This document shows positions 45,418 to 55,484 of a DNA stretch of 64,000 nucleotides, in pieces. This DNA comes from an uncultured delta proteobacterium (GTDB lineage Bacteria > Myxococcota_A > Polyangia > Haliangiales > Haliangiaceae). The stretch covers positions 832,001-896,000 of the forward strand of contig CAWKDB010000002.1 in assembly GCA_963848295.1 (NCBI GenBank), written 5' to 3'. The notes under the pieces are model-generated. The model worked only from the letters and a program-made list of their open reading frames with translations, had not been told where the DNA came from and did no database searches. Position 1 is the first letter of the stretch. Every line of letters starts with the position of its first letter. The position numbers were made by a program, and so were the translations under genes.

Positions 45418-47337
45418 TCACATGTCCTCGGGGCGCATCAGGCCGTTCGTATTATCGGCCTTGGGCGGCTTGGTCTTGGTCCCGGTCTGGGGCGCGACCT
45501 GCGGGGTCCTGGGAATGACCGGGATGCGCTCGAGATCGACGAGGATCACCGCGTTGCCGCTGATCGTCACCGACTTGGTCTTGTGCCGGTAGCCGGCGAG
45601 CTCGAGCTCGAACGCGATCGGGTGCGACGACACCGGCAGCGTCAGCCGCAGCGGCGTCTTGCCCGCCGGTCCGGGCGCGGCGCCGGGATAGGTCACGGAT
45701 GCACCTTGCGGGGTGCTGTCGATGACGACGACCGCAGGAGGACCCGATGGTGCGGTCGCCTTGCCGCTGCCGCTGCCGCTGCCGACACCGTTGCCGCTGC
45801 CGCTGCCGCTGCCGCTGCCGCTGCCGCTGCCGACGCCGCTGCCGTTGCCGTTGCCGAGGCCGTTGCCGACACCGCTGCCGCTGCCGCTGCCGCTGCCGAC
45901 GCCGCTACCGTTGCCGACGCCGACGCCGACTGATGACATCGCGCTGCCGGCCGCGATCGCTGGGTGCGTCGCCGATCCACTCGCACTGCCCGCCGCGACC
46001 TTCGCGCTACCGAGCGGTGAGCCCGCACCATCGATCGAGCTCGCGACCGCGGTCCCCTTGCGGCCGAACCACGCGACCGCGAACGCGCCACCGCCGAGCC
46101 CGAGGATCAGGCCGAGGACGAGCACCACCGGCCACATCCGGCGCGGGGGCCGCGACGAGTAGCCGAGCGGCGTCGCGATCCGCATCGTGTTCATCTTCGG
46201 CTGCGTCGGCGCGGCGAGATCGGGTCCGGGCGCCTGGCGCGGCGGCACGAGCGCGACGTCCGCGATCATCGTGCGCGCTTGCGAGCCGGATGCGTGGCCG
46301 ACCGATGGCGGTGGCGCGGCGAGCGGCAAGTAGCCACCGGCGGTCCCGATCTCGGTGCGTTGCGCCGCCGGTTGCTGAGCCGGCTGCGCGGCCTGTTGCT
46401 GCGCGGCGAACGCGATCATCGTCTTCGCGTCGACCGGCGCTTGTCCCGGAGCGATCGAGCGCGCCGGCGAGATCGGCGGTGACGTGCCGAGATACTTCTC
46501 GGGATCGAGCAGCGCGTCGCGCAGCTGGGTCATCGTCGGGAATCGCGAGTCCGGCGCCTTCGCGAGACAGCGCAGCAAGATCTGCTCGACGCTCGGCGCG
46601 ATCGATGCGTTGATCGCGCGCGGCGCGGGTGGCAGCTGGGTCACTTGCTTGACCAGGACCTCGCCCATGGTCTCGCCGTCGAACGGGAGCACGCCGGTCA
46701 TCATCTGGAACAGCAAGACGCCGAGCGCATAGATATCGGTGCGGTTGTCGAGGTTCGGCCGGCTCTCGCACGCCTCGGGCGACATGTACTGCGGCGTCCC
46801 GAGCAGCACGCCGGCGGCGGTCTTCACCGCGTTCTGGCCGCTCTGGAACATCTTGGCCAAGCCGAAGTCGAGCAGCTTCACGAAGTCGCGATCGCCGAGC
46901 CGCGTCGTCAACATCACGTTGTCCGGTTTGAGATCGCGGTGGATGATGCCGCACGCGTGTGCGGCACCGAGCGCAGCGGCGACCTGAGCGCCGATGTGGA
47001 GCGCGCGCATGACGTCGAGCACGCGCTGCTTCGACAGCAACGCGGCGAGGGTTTCTCCCTCGAGATACTCCATGATGTAGAAGTGGTCGCCGTCCGGGGT
47101 CACGCCGAAGTCGTGGATCTCGACGATGTGCTCGCTACCGATCTTGTTGACCGCCTTCGCCTCTTGAAAGAATCGCTGGACGACCTCGCGATTGCCGGCC
47201 AGCTCGCGGTGGATCACCTTGAGCGCGACCCGCTTGCCGATCGTCGGATGCTCCGCGAGATAGACCGCACCCATCCCGCCGGTGCCGATCTTCGACAGCA
47301 CGACGTAGTTGCCGATGGATTGCCCGGCCGCGATCAA
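45418..47337 (-). CDS. Membrane Ser/Thr protein kinase with Gly-X repeat linker and PEGA-like domain
   Basis: [36 protein letters not shown] segment; [10 protein letters not shown]...GKTPL...LELAGY; TTG start inferred. Confidence 0.93.
   Translation of the reverse strand: MIAAGQSIGNYVVLSKIGTGGMGAVYLAEHPTIGKRVALKVIHRELAGNREVVQRFFQEAKAVNKIGSEHIVEIHDFGVTPDGDHFYIMEYLEGETLAALLSKQRVLDVMRALHIGAQVAAALGAAHACGIIHRDLKPDNVMLTTRLGDRDFVKLLDFGLAKMFQSGQNAVKTAAGVLLGTPQYMSPEACESRPNLDNRTDIYALGVLLFQMMTGVLPFDGETMGEVLVKQVTQLPPAPRAINASIAPSVEQILLRCLAKAPDSRFPTMTQLRDALLDPEKYLGTSPPISPARSIAPGQAPVDAKTMIAFAAQQQAAQPAQQPAAQRTEIGTAGGYLPLAAPPPSVGHASGSQARTMIADVALVPPRQAPGPDLAAPTQPKMNTMRIATPLGYSSRPPRRMWPVVLVLGLILGLGGGAFAVAWFGRKGTAVASSIDGAGSPLGSAKVAAGSASGSATHPAIAAGSAMSSVGVGVGNGSGVGSGSGSGSGVGNGLGNGNGSGVGSGSGSGSGSGSGNGVGSGSGSGKATAPSGPPAVVVIDSTPQGASVTYPGAAPGPAGKTPLRLTLPVSSHPIAFELELAGYRHKTKSVTISGNAVILVDLERIPVIPRTPQVAPQTGTKTKPPKADNTNGLMRPEDM
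45761..45930. repeat. In-frame hexamer array (CCG-NNN)n encoding the (GS/GN/GV)n linker
   Basis: Same unit types as the arrays at 28055 and 28987. Confidence 0.9.
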
Positions 47338-47399
47338 GGAGCACCGCGGATTGTAGCGCAAACGTTGGTAACCCCGCGTTCCGCCGTCCGATCGCCTGA

Positions 47400-47457
47400 G
47401 ATCGTGTACGAGTACGTGCACGTGCCACGTGACACGTGGACGTCCACGTTTACGATC
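47400..47457. repeat. ACGT-rich imperfect palindrome (REP-like), copy 1
   Basis: GATCGTGTACGAGTACGTGCACGTGCCACGTGACACGTGGACGTCCACGTTTACGATC. Confidence 0.7.
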
Positions 47458-47479
47458 CGGATCTGCGGTCCCCGCGCAG

Positions 47480-47508
47480 TTGCCATAACCCTCACGTGAG
47501 GGTAAGGT
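47480..47508 (+). promoter_or_regulatory. Sigma70-like promoter overlapped by operator-like site 3
   Basis: TTGCCA, 17 bp, TAAGGT; contains CCATAACCCTCACGTGAGGG (47483-47502). Confidence 0.7.
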
Positions 47509-47515
47509 CGTTTCG

Positions 47516-47899
47516 ATGTCTGAAGCGCTCGCGTCTTTCCAATCAGTTCCTGATGAGGCTCCCGGCCCGGAGTCTATGTTGCTGATCACGCCCGGTGCGG
47601 CGGTCAAGGTCAACGAGATCCGCGAGGCCGAGGCGATCGAGCCGTCGATGGCGCTGCGCTTGCGCGTGGTCGGCGGCGGTTGCGCCGGGTTCTCGTACGA
47701 CCTGTACTTCGACGAGCCCGCCGAGGTCGATCGCCAGTTCTCGGTCGCGGGCGTCAAGTGCGTCGTCGACGAGATGAGCCTGATGTACCTGGTCGGCACA
47801 GAGGTCGACTACGTCGAGGGCCTGCAAGGCGCCGGCTTCAAGTTCAACAACCCGAACGTCAAGTCGACATGCGGGTGCGGTTCGTCGTTCAGCGTTTAG
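47516..47899 (+). CDS. erpA: A-type Fe-S carrier (ErpA/HesB-like)
   Basis: [57 protein letters not shown]; alternative ATG at 47576. Confidence 0.85.
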   Translation: MSEALASFQSVPDEAPGPESMLLITPGAAVKVNEIREAEAIEPSMALRLRVVGGGCAGFSYDLYFDEPAEVDRQFSVAGVKCVVDEMSLMYLVGTEVDYVEGLQGAGFKFNNPNVKSTCGCGSSFSV

Positions 47900-47917
47900 T
47901 CGGCGTATAACTCCGCG

Positions 47918-49327
47918 GTGAGCACGATCGCCGCTGCGCTCGAGCGCGAGCTCGGCCCCGACGCCGTGATCGGTCCCGCCGACCACCGGCTCGAGGACTA
48001 CGGCAAGGACGAGAGCCCTTTGCCGGTGTTCTATCCGCCGGAGTGCGCGGTGCTATGCGCGTCGACGGAACAGGTCTCCGCGGTGTTGCGGATCTGCGCC
48101 GAGCGCGATGTCCCGATCACGCCGCGTGGCGCGGGCAGCGGGATGTGCGGCGGGGCGTTGCCGATCAAGGGCGGGGTCGTGCTGTCGACCGAGCGCATGA
48201 CCCGGATCAAAGAGATCGATCCCGGCGATCTGGTGTGCGTCACCGAGCCCGGCGTCATCACCGGTCAGCTGCAAGAGGCGGTCGAAGCGCAGGGTTTGTT
48301 CTACCCGCCCGATCCGGCATCGCTCGAGTACTGCTCGATCGGTGGCAATGCTTCGACGAACGCCGGTGGGCCGCGCGCGTTCAAGTACGGCGTCACGCGC
48401 GAATACATTCTGGGTCTCGAGGTCGCGCTCGTCGGCGGCGAGGTGCTGCGCTGCGGCCGGCGCACCGCGAAGGGCGTGACGAGCTACGACTTGGTCGCCG
48501 GCTTCGTCGGCACCGAGGGCACGTTCGGGGTGATCACCGAGCTCACCTTGAAGCTGCTGCCGAAACCAGCCGCGGCCGCGACCGTGCTCGGCGTGTTTGC
48601 CGACGTGCCGGCGGCGGGCGCCGCGATCACCGCGCTGTTGCGCGACGGCCTGCGCCCGCGCGTGCTCGAGCTCGCCGATCGCGCCTCGATCGATCACATC
48701 CGCGCGAAGAGTCGCTACCGGTTTCCGGCGAGCTCCGGCGCGATCGTGTTGATCGAGGTCGACGGCGATCCCGACGAGATGCCGGCCCAGATGGAGCGCA
48801 TCGGCATGCGCTGCGACGAGCTCGGCGCGATCGACGTGCTCGCCGCGACCGAAGCCGCCGAACGTCGCGCGGTGTGGGAAGCGCGCCGGCTGATCTCGCC
48901 TTCGCTCAAGGAAGCCCATCGCATCAAGGTCAACGAGGACGTGTGCGTGCCGCGCGGCCGGATCGTCGAGATGCTCGCGCGGGTCGAACGGGTCTCGGCC
49001 GAGACCGGCATCGCGACCGCGGTGTTCGGCCATGCCGGCGACGGCAACCTCCACGTGAATCTCCTGTCGAACGAAGATCCGGCCGATCCCGCGGTGCGCG
49101 ACAAGATGTGGGGCGCCGCGCGTCGCGTGTTCGCCCACACCGTCGAGCTCGGCGGCACGTTGTCGGGCGAGCACGGCGTCGGGTTGACCAAGCGCGACTA
49201 CATCGCGATGGAGCAGAGCGCGCAGCTGATCGAGTGGCAGCGCAAGTGGAAGGCGATGTGGGATCCGCGCGGCCTGCTCAACCCGGGCAAGCGCCTGCCG
49301 GAGCGCGCGCCGGCGTGTAGCGAGTAG
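47918..49327 (+). CDS. FAD-linked oxidase, GlcD/D-2-hydroxyacid dehydrogenase family
   Basis: PRGAGSG..GG, YPPDPAS...CSIGGN, GTEGTFG, GHAGDGNLH, SGEHGVG, DPRGLLNPGK. Confidence 0.93.
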   Translation: MSTIAAALERELGPDAVIGPADHRLEDYGKDESPLPVFYPPECAVLCASTEQVSAVLRICAERDVPITPRGAGSGMCGGALPIKGGVVLSTERMTRIKEIDPGDLVCVTEPGVITGQLQEAVEAQGLFYPPDPASLEYCSIGGNASTNAGGPRAFKYGVTREYILGLEVALVGGEVLRCGRRTAKGVTSYDLVAGFVGTEGTFGVITELTLKLLPKPAAAATVLGVFADVPAAGAAITALLRDGLRPRVLELADRASIDHIRAKSRYRFPASSGAIVLIEVDGDPDEMPAQMERIGMRCDELGAIDVLAATEAAERRAVWEARRLISPSLKEAHRIKVNEDVCVPRGRIVEMLARVERVSAETGIATAVFGHAGDGNLHVNLLSNEDPADPAVRDKMWGAARRVFAHTVELGGTLSGEHGVGLTKRDYIAMEQSAQLIEWQRKWKAMWDPRGLLNPGKRLPERAPACSE

Positions 49328-49392
49328 CGTCACACCCGGCGCAGCGTGGTTGTTACGTCGTCTCCGCGGCGCGATGCGCTACGGTCGCCGCG

Positions 49393-50397
49393 ATGAAGTG
49401 GCTCGGCACCGGAGCGCTCGTAGCGTGGACCGGCATCGCAGGCGCAGCACCCAAGCCGGCGTGCATCGTCGGCGGTGATCACATCACGCTCGATCACGTG
49501 ATCGTGCACCTCGACTCCGGCGCCACGCTCGATCTCCTCGTGCAGGACGTCCCGATCGTCGCGACGCTCGGGACCAAGGCGCCGGTCGCGCTCGCGATCG
49601 ATGGCGCGATCGCGTTCCGCGCCACCACGGCGTCGGTGTGGTTCTCGCTCGTCACTCGAACGACCTCGAGCGACGGCCTCGTCGTGATGGGCGCGTGGTC
49701 GCGGTTCGTCGCAGACCACGCCGACGGCGCGGACATGATCGGCAATGCGGTCATCTACTCGGACGACGTGATGCAAGGCGAAGCGAAGTCTCCGAACGAG
49801 CTGGTGGCGAACCTCCGCGTCGCGTGCGATCGGTTGTCGCTCGAGTGGGGCTCGACCGAGCAGCTGCCCGACGCGACGCGTGACGGGACGCAGTGGCAGT
49901 CTGTCAACGGTAAGAACCGGCTCGTGCTCTATCGCGAGCCGAAGCTCGGCGCATCGAGCGTGGTCTACAGCTCGCCGAGCTGCATCGGCTCGTGCTTCTC
50001 GCTCGTCGGCATCAGCCATCGCGACGGCTGGCGCGAGGTCGCAGCGCACAACGAGGGCGTCGCGGTAACGGGTTGGGTACCCGAACGCGAGCTGACGCTG
50101 GTTCCGAACGATGTCGGGCTCGGCTACAGCTACGAGTGCGCCGGTCACCACTTCGACAGCCGGTTCAACTCGTTGTTCTTCGACGCGACGCCGGCGATCT
50201 CGACGCAGATCAAGGTCGGAACGACGATCTTCGCCACGCCCGGGAAGGACGCGTGGGCGATCGTGCGCACCAATACGACCTTCGACGTGGTGAAGACGCC
50301 CGGCTCGGCGTGGGCTGAGGTGATCCGCATCCCCGGCATCGCCCGGCCCGGGCTGCGCGCGTACGTGCCGGTGTCCGCACTCGTATCGGCGCCGTAG
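49393..50397 (+). CDS. Hypothetical secreted protein, possible SH3-like beta domains
   Basis: Signal-like N-terminus; DGWREV...VTGWVPE and SAWAEV...RAYVPV segments. Confidence 0.65.
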   Translation: MKWLGTGALVAWTGIAGAAPKPACIVGGDHITLDHVIVHLDSGATLDLLVQDVPIVATLGTKAPVALAIDGAIAFRATTASVWFSLVTRTTSSDGLVVMGAWSRFVADHADGADMIGNAVIYSDDVMQGEAKSPNELVANLRVACDRLSLEWGSTEQLPDATRDGTQWQSVNGKNRLVLYREPKLGASSVVYSSPSCIGSCFSLVGISHRDGWREVAAHNEGVAVTGWVPERELTLVPNDVGLGYSYECAGHHFDSRFNSLFFDATPAISTQIKVGTTIFATPGKDAWAIVRTNTTFDVVKTPGSAWAEVIRIPGIARPGLRAYVPVSALVSAP

Positions 50398-50405
50398 CCA
50401 AAGCC

Positions 50406-52631
50406 GTGTACCTTCGCGCGGTGGACGTGCTCGCGGATACGGCGGTCGCGCTCGCGGCTGTCCGGTCGCCGGACGAAGCGTTCGCCGCGGCGTTTCCGGA
50501 GGTCGGGGCGCTGTCGTACCCCGCCCCGCCGCAGGTCGAGCACGACGTCGCGCCCGACGGCAAGCCGTTGCTCGATCACGTGACGCGCTTGCTCGCCAAG
50601 CTCGCCGCGCTCGAGACTGGCGAGCTCGCGGGCTGGCAGCCGGGCCTGAGCGCGACGGCGTTCGCGACCCTCGCCGCGACGGTCGAGCGCGTCCGCGGCG
50701 CCGGGCTGTTGCCGACGTTGCGCGCGGCGATCCTCCACCTCGACATCGCGAAGACCGCCGACCCGGCGCGCCGCGCCGCGTGGCACGCCCAGGGCATCGC
50801 GCTCGACATCCACAACGAAGCCGCAGCACGCATCGTGCGCGACCGAGCGAGCACGTGGCCGCTCGGCGAGCTCGCGATCGCTTGGATCGCCGCACACGGG
50901 CTCGCCGGTCAGCACGTCCGCGGCGAAGGCCCGATCGCGATGCTCGCGCCGCTCGTCGGGGCGCTGCGCACGCTCGCACCGCACGTGCCGTCTGCGCGCG
51001 CGCTCGATGCGATGCACGTGCTCGATGCATGCGACACCGCGGCGGTGCGCGAAGGGCTCGTCGACGATGCGCTGCTCGCCGAGCTCGCTCGCGTCCGCGA
51101 CCGGCTCGCGCTCGCGGTCGCGCGAACCGACGTCGAGCCCGAAGCTGGGCTCGCGGCGCCGCCGCCCGATCGCGCCGAGCTCGCCGATCGCCTGCGGGCG
51201 TTGCGCGCGGGGCGGCAACGCGCCGGCGAGCCTGCCGCCGCGGTCACTGCCGCGGTCGCCGCGATCGGCGACCCCGAGCTCGCCGCGCTCGCGCCGGCGC
51301 TCGCGACATGTCAGCTGTGGTACTGCGAGGCCGCGACGAGCGCGCTGTCACCCGCCGCGCAGCTCGCGGTGATCGCCGCCGCGGTCGGTGCGGCTCGCAA
51401 CCACGGCGTCGACGTCACGCGGCCGTGGCACGCGCAGCTCCAGCCACTCGTCGCGCGCTTGCACGGCGACGCACCGGCGACCCGCTATCGGCTGCGGCTG
51501 GTCGAGGCCGCGCTCGCCGGACGCTCGATCCGCGAGCTCGTCACCGGCGGCGCCGGACTCGGCCCGCTCGGCTCGATGTCCGCGACGCTGTCGGCGACGA
51601 CCGGCCACGGCGCCGCGAACGCCGTCGTGGTCGATTTTACCGCGAGCCCGGAAGCCGACGCGCTGATCACGTTGCTCCCGATCTACGAGACGCGCTCGCA
51701 GGCGGCGTTTCACCAGATGCTCAAGTCGTTGTGCGACCTCTACGGACTGCGCAAGGACGACTTCGATCGCGTCGCGAACGAGGCGAGCTACCTCGAGACG
51801 ATGAACGCCGCGCGCACCGACAAGCAACGCATGCTCGACTTCGTAAAGCCCGGCCGCATCGTCGAGATCGGCCCCGGTGGCGGCGTCGTGCTCGACCTGC
51901 TCGAAGATCGATTCCCGACCGCCGAGATCATCGGCGTCGATCTCTCGCGCGAAGTGATCGCCGCCCTCGGCGCGCGCGCGAAAGCGAATGGCCGGCGCTG
52001 GCGCGTCGTGCTCGGAGCCGCCGAGCAGCTCGAGGACCTGGTGGGCAGCGGCTCGATCGACGGCGTCGTGTTCTGTTCGATCTTGCACGAGGTGTTCTCG
52101 TACACCGAGCCGCACTTCCGGCTCGAATCGGTGCGCGACGTGATTCGCGCGGCCTGGCGCGTGCTCCGCCCCGGGGGCCGGATCGTGATCCGCGACGGAG
52201 TCATGCCACCGCCCGGCACACGCCGCCTCGCGTTTGTCGCGGCCGACGCGCGGCCGACGTTCGAGCTCTACGCCGCGCAGTTCGTCGGCCGCAAGATCGC
52301 GTTTCGCGAGCTGCCCGACGGTCGCGTCGAGCTATCGACCGCCGATGCGATGGAGTTCCTCTATACGTACACGTGGGGCCCGGCGAGCTTCCCGTACGAA
52401 GTGCGCGAGCTGTACGGGATCATGACGTACGACGCGTATGTCGCCGCGCTCGTCGACTGGGTCGGCGGCCCAGGGCAGGCCCGCATCGTCGACATCCCCG
52501 CGGACCAGCGCAGTTACTTGCAGCCCGGCTATCGCACCGGCCTGGCCGGCAAGATCGCGCTCACCGACGGACAAGATCTGCCGGTCGAGCTCCCCGATTC
52601 CAACTGCCTGATCGCGATCGAGAAACCCTGA
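50406..52631 (+). CDS. Class I SAM-dependent methyltransferase with large N-terminal HD-like helical region
   Basis: IVEIGPGGG, GVDLS, FCSILHEVFSY, LRPGGRIVIRDG; N-terminal ILHLDIAK...DIHNE...AAHG...DACD. Confidence 0.85.
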   Translation: MYLRAVDVLADTAVALAAVRSPDEAFAAAFPEVGALSYPAPPQVEHDVAPDGKPLLDHVTRLLAKLAALETGELAGWQPGLSATAFATLAATVERVRGAGLLPTLRAAILHLDIAKTADPARRAAWHAQGIALDIHNEAAARIVRDRASTWPLGELAIAWIAAHGLAGQHVRGEGPIAMLAPLVGALRTLAPHVPSARALDAMHVLDACDTAAVREGLVDDALLAELARVRDRLALAVARTDVEPEAGLAAPPPDRAELADRLRALRAGRQRAGEPAAAVTAAVAAIGDPELAALAPALATCQLWYCEAATSALSPAAQLAVIAAAVGAARNHGVDVTRPWHAQLQPLVARLHGDAPATRYRLRLVEAALAGRSIRELVTGGAGLGPLGSMSATLSATTGHGAANAVVVDFTASPEADALITLLPIYETRSQAAFHQMLKSLCDLYGLRKDDFDRVANEASYLETMNAARTDKQRMLDFVKPGRIVEIGPGGGVVLDLLEDRFPTAEIIGVDLSREVIAALGARAKANGRRWRVVLGAAEQLEDLVGSGSIDGVVFCSILHEVFSYTEPHFRLESVRDVIRAAWRVLRPGGRIVIRDGVMPPPGTRRLAFVAADARPTFELYAAQFVGRKIAFRELPDGRVELSTADAMEFLYTYTWGPASFPYEVRELYGIMTYDAYVAALVDWVGGPGQARIVDIPADQRSYLQPGYRTGLAGKIALTDGQDLPVELPDSNCLIAIEKP

Positions 52632-52677
52632 GCGCCACTTCACCGAGGGGCCGCAGCGCGCGTGGTAACTTCGCAGC

Positions 52678-53475
52678 ATGTGGCGCTGGCTCTTTGTGAT
52701 GCTGGCGGCGTGCGGGCGTCTCGCCTTCGATCCGGTGGCACCCGGCGACGCAGCGACGCGCACCGACTCACCGGCGACCGGCGACGGCGGTGCGCCGACG
52801 ACCGGCCTCGTCGGGTGGTGGAAGCTCGACGATGCGATGGGCTCCACGGCGATCGACTCGTCGGGCAATGGCAACACCGGGACCCTAATGGGCGGCCCGA
52901 CCTGGGGCGCCGGTGAGATCGGTGGCGCACTCGGGTTTGCCGGTGACGCGTCCGGCCAGTTCGTCGATGTCCCCGATGCGGCCGTGCTTCAGCTCGCCGG
53001 ATCGTGGACCGTCGCGACGTGGGTCAACCTCACGGCGCTTCCGGCTGCCGGCGACTACGATACGTTGGTAGCGAAGTCGACCGCGGGCGGGTTCGCCAAC
53101 TACAACCTGCTCGTCGACAATGGCCACGTGAATGCCGGGATGGGGTGGATGATCGCGTACAACGGCAACGGCGTTGGCGCGTGCGGGATCGCGAACGCGG
53201 AATCGCCGTCGCCGCCCTCGCTGGGAACGTGGACCCACCTCGCGAGCGTCTACGACGAGACCGCGCAGACGCTGACGCTCTATGTCGACGGCGCGGCGGT
53301 CGCGGTGAGCGACGAGACCGACTGTGCTCCAGCACAGACCGGCGGTGGCGAAGACCTGACGCTCGGGACCGAATACGGCGGCGGCGTGACGATGCTCGCC
53401 GGCGTCCTCGACGACGTCCACGTCTATAACCGCGCTCTCTCGGCGGCCGAGATCACCCAGGTCATGACGCCGTGA
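52678..53475 (+). CDS. LamG-like jellyroll domain lipoprotein
   Basis: LAACGRLAFD lipobox, GLVGWWKLDD, DSSGNGNTG, WTHLASVYD, LYVDG, LDDVHVYNRALS. Confidence 0.9.
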   Translation: MWRWLFVMLAACGRLAFDPVAPGDAATRTDSPATGDGGAPTTGLVGWWKLDDAMGSTAIDSSGNGNTGTLMGGPTWGAGEIGGALGFAGDASGQFVDVPDAAVLQLAGSWTVATWVNLTALPAAGDYDTLVAKSTAGGFANYNLLVDNGHVNAGMGWMIAYNGNGVGACGIANAESPSPPSLGTWTHLASVYDETAQTLTLYVDGAAVAVSDETDCAPAQTGGGEDLTLGTEYGGGVTMLAGVLDDVHVYNRALSAAEITQVMTP

Positions 53476-53491
53476 TCGCGGTGGCAGCGCG

Positions 53492-54484
53492 TTAATCGAG
53501 CAGCTCGCGTGCGACCAGCTCGAGCGACCTCGCGCGCGACGCGAGGTCGGGCACGAGGGTCGACAGCATCAGCTCGTCGGCGTGCATCTCGTGCGCGAGC
53601 GCGTCGAGTTGCTTGGCGACCTGCGCCGGCGCGCCGATCACCGCGCCCATGAAGAAGTCGTCGGCGATCGCTTGCTCGTCGGCAGAGAATTCGTACGCGA
53701 GCGCTTCGTCGATCGATGCGATCGGCGCGCGCCGGCCGGTGCGGTTCTTGACGACCGCGACGCGAATCGGCGCCGAGATCCGTTGCGCGAGCTCGTCGCT
53801 GTCGGCGCAAACGCAGGTCACCGCGAGCATCGCGTACGGCGTCGGATGCTGCGGCGACGGCTCGTAGGTCCGCTTGTAGTGCTCGATCGCGTCGAAGGCG
53901 TGGCGCATCGCGAAGTGACCGGCGAACGCGTACGGCACCCCGAGCTGCGCCGCGATCGAGGCACCGGCGAGCGTCGAGCCGAGCATCCACAGCGAGCCCG
54001 CGGCCATATCCGACGGCATCGGCTCGATCTTCGAGAACGGATGCGACGGCGGAAACTCGCCGCGCTCGAACGCGAACAGCTCGGCGAGCACGCGGTTGAC
54101 CTCGGGGTCATCACTGCGCCGCAACGCTGCCGCGGTCACCGGATCGGTGCCCGGTGCACGCCCGAGCCCGAGGTCGATGCGCCCGGGTGCGAGCGCCTCG
54201 AGGGTGCGAAACACCTCGACCACATGCAGCGGCGCGTGATTCGGCACCATGATGCCGCCGGCGCCGAGCTTGATCCGCTTCGTCACCGCGGTGCAGTGCG
54301 CGATCAGCACCTCGGGCGCCGACGTCGCGATGCTCGCCATGTTGTGGTGCTCGGCGAACCAGTAGCGCGTGTAGCCGAGACCGTCGGCGATTCGCGCGAG
54401 CGCGACCGAATCGCGGATCGCCTGGCTAGGCGTGACGCCGGCGCCGACCGGCGACAGGTCGAGGACGGACAGCGGCAGCTTCAT
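53492..54484 (-). CDS. LLM-class flavin-dependent oxidoreductase (luciferase-like)
   Basis: LSVLDL, RYWFAEHHNM, GAGGIM.PNH.PL, RIDLGLGRAPGTD. Confidence 0.93.
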   Translation of the reverse strand: MKLPLSVLDLSPVGAGVTPSQAIRDSVALARIADGLGYTRYWFAEHHNMASIATSAPEVLIAHCTAVTKRIKLGAGGIMVPNHAPLHVVEVFRTLEALAPGRIDLGLGRAPGTDPVTAAALRRSDDPEVNRVLAELFAFERGEFPPSHPFSKIEPMPSDMAAGSLWMLGSTLAGASIAAQLGVPYAFAGHFAMRHAFDAIEHYKRTYEPSPQHPTPYAMLAVTCVCADSDELAQRISAPIRVAVVKNRTGRRAPIASIDEALAYEFSADEQAIADDFFMGAVIGAPAQVAKQLDALAHEMHADELMLSTLVPDLASRARSLELVARELLD

Positions 54485-54502
54485 GCCGCCACGTGTACCG
54501 CG

Positions 54503-55441
54503 TTATTCGGCTTTGACGAACGACGTGATCTTCCAGTCGGCGCCACGCGGCTCGAGCACGAGCTGGAACGCGCCCGACACAGGGTCGCCGGGCGGGCACG
54601 CGACCCGCTTGGCGTCGCCCGCGCACGCGGTGGTGAGCGCGGCATCCATCGCGTCGAACGTCGAGGGATCGGCCTGCCACATCGCCATCGCGGCATCGGC
54701 GCTCGGACCATCGCCGAGGCTCCACAGCACGTCGTCGGCGAGCATCGGGCGCAACGCCGCGTAGTCGCGTTTGGTCAGCGTGTCCTTGACGATCGCGAGT
54801 CGCTTGGCGGCGGCGTCGGGCACGGCTTTGAACATCGCCGGGTCGGTGTGCACGACCTCTTCGACTTCAACTTTGTTTTCCTTCATCGGAATCGCCCACT
54901 GCTTGATCTTCTTGTAGATCGCGACCTGGAGCGATTCGGTGCGCGGCACGAGCCAGCTCGGCCGCGCGATGCCGTGCAGCTCGCTCGGCAGCGCGGCGCC
55001 CGGCTCCCACTCCGACGCGTGGCCGATCACCTTGACGCGCCACGGCCGACCGCCGAGCACGCTGACGTCGAACCGGATGAAGTAGCGCTTCGTGACGAGC
55101 GTCGTCGGCGTGCCGCCACCGCCGGCGGGCGAGCCCATGCCGGGCGTCTGGCCCATGCCGTTCATGCCGGGCTGACCGACCGCCTGCGGGTTCGCGAGAT
55201 CATCTTGGTTGCCGGCGTAGACGACTTGGTGCCAGCTCGTCTGGATCTGACCCTTGCTCGGGTTCTCGTCGAGGTTCGGGTAGAGATCGCGCGTCGCCTT
55301 GAGCGCGGCCGCATAGACGATCGCGAAGTCGGTGTCGTACAGCGAGTGCTTCGCGTGCTCGACGTCCTTCTTGTTCGTACAGCCCGTCGCACACGCGAGC
55401 GTGCACAGGGCCGAGATCATCGCAACGGTTCGCACCGACAT
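54503..55441 (-). CDS. Hypothetical lipoprotein
   Basis: ATGC lipobox, G/P/M-rich insert, C-terminal NTF2-like ending WKITSFV. Confidence 0.7.
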   Translation of the reverse strand: MSVRTVAMISALCTLACATGCTNKKDVEHAKHSLYDTDFAIVYAAALKATRDLYPNLDENPSKGQIQTSWHQVVYAGNQDDLANPQAVGQPGMNGMGQTPGMGSPAGGGGTPTTLVTKRYFIRFDVSVLGGRPWRVKVIGHASEWEPGAALPSELHGIARPSWLVPRTESLQVAIYKKIKQWAIPMKENKVEVEEVVHTDPAMFKAVPDAAAKRLAIVKDTLTKRDYAALRPMLADDVLWSLGDGPSADAAMAMWQADPSTFDAMDAALTTACAGDAKRVACPPGDPVSGAFQLVLEPRGADWKITSFVKAE

Positions 55442-55484
55442 CGCTTTGCGCCCGGGGGAATAGCACATGGTAGGGTCGCCAGCG

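Noticed and set aside
47338..47799. 154-aa N-terminal extension of the kinase ORF in the track
   Set aside because: It overlaps the erpA-like gene antisense, its promoter and a palindromic repeat; the kinase domain starts right after TTG 47337.
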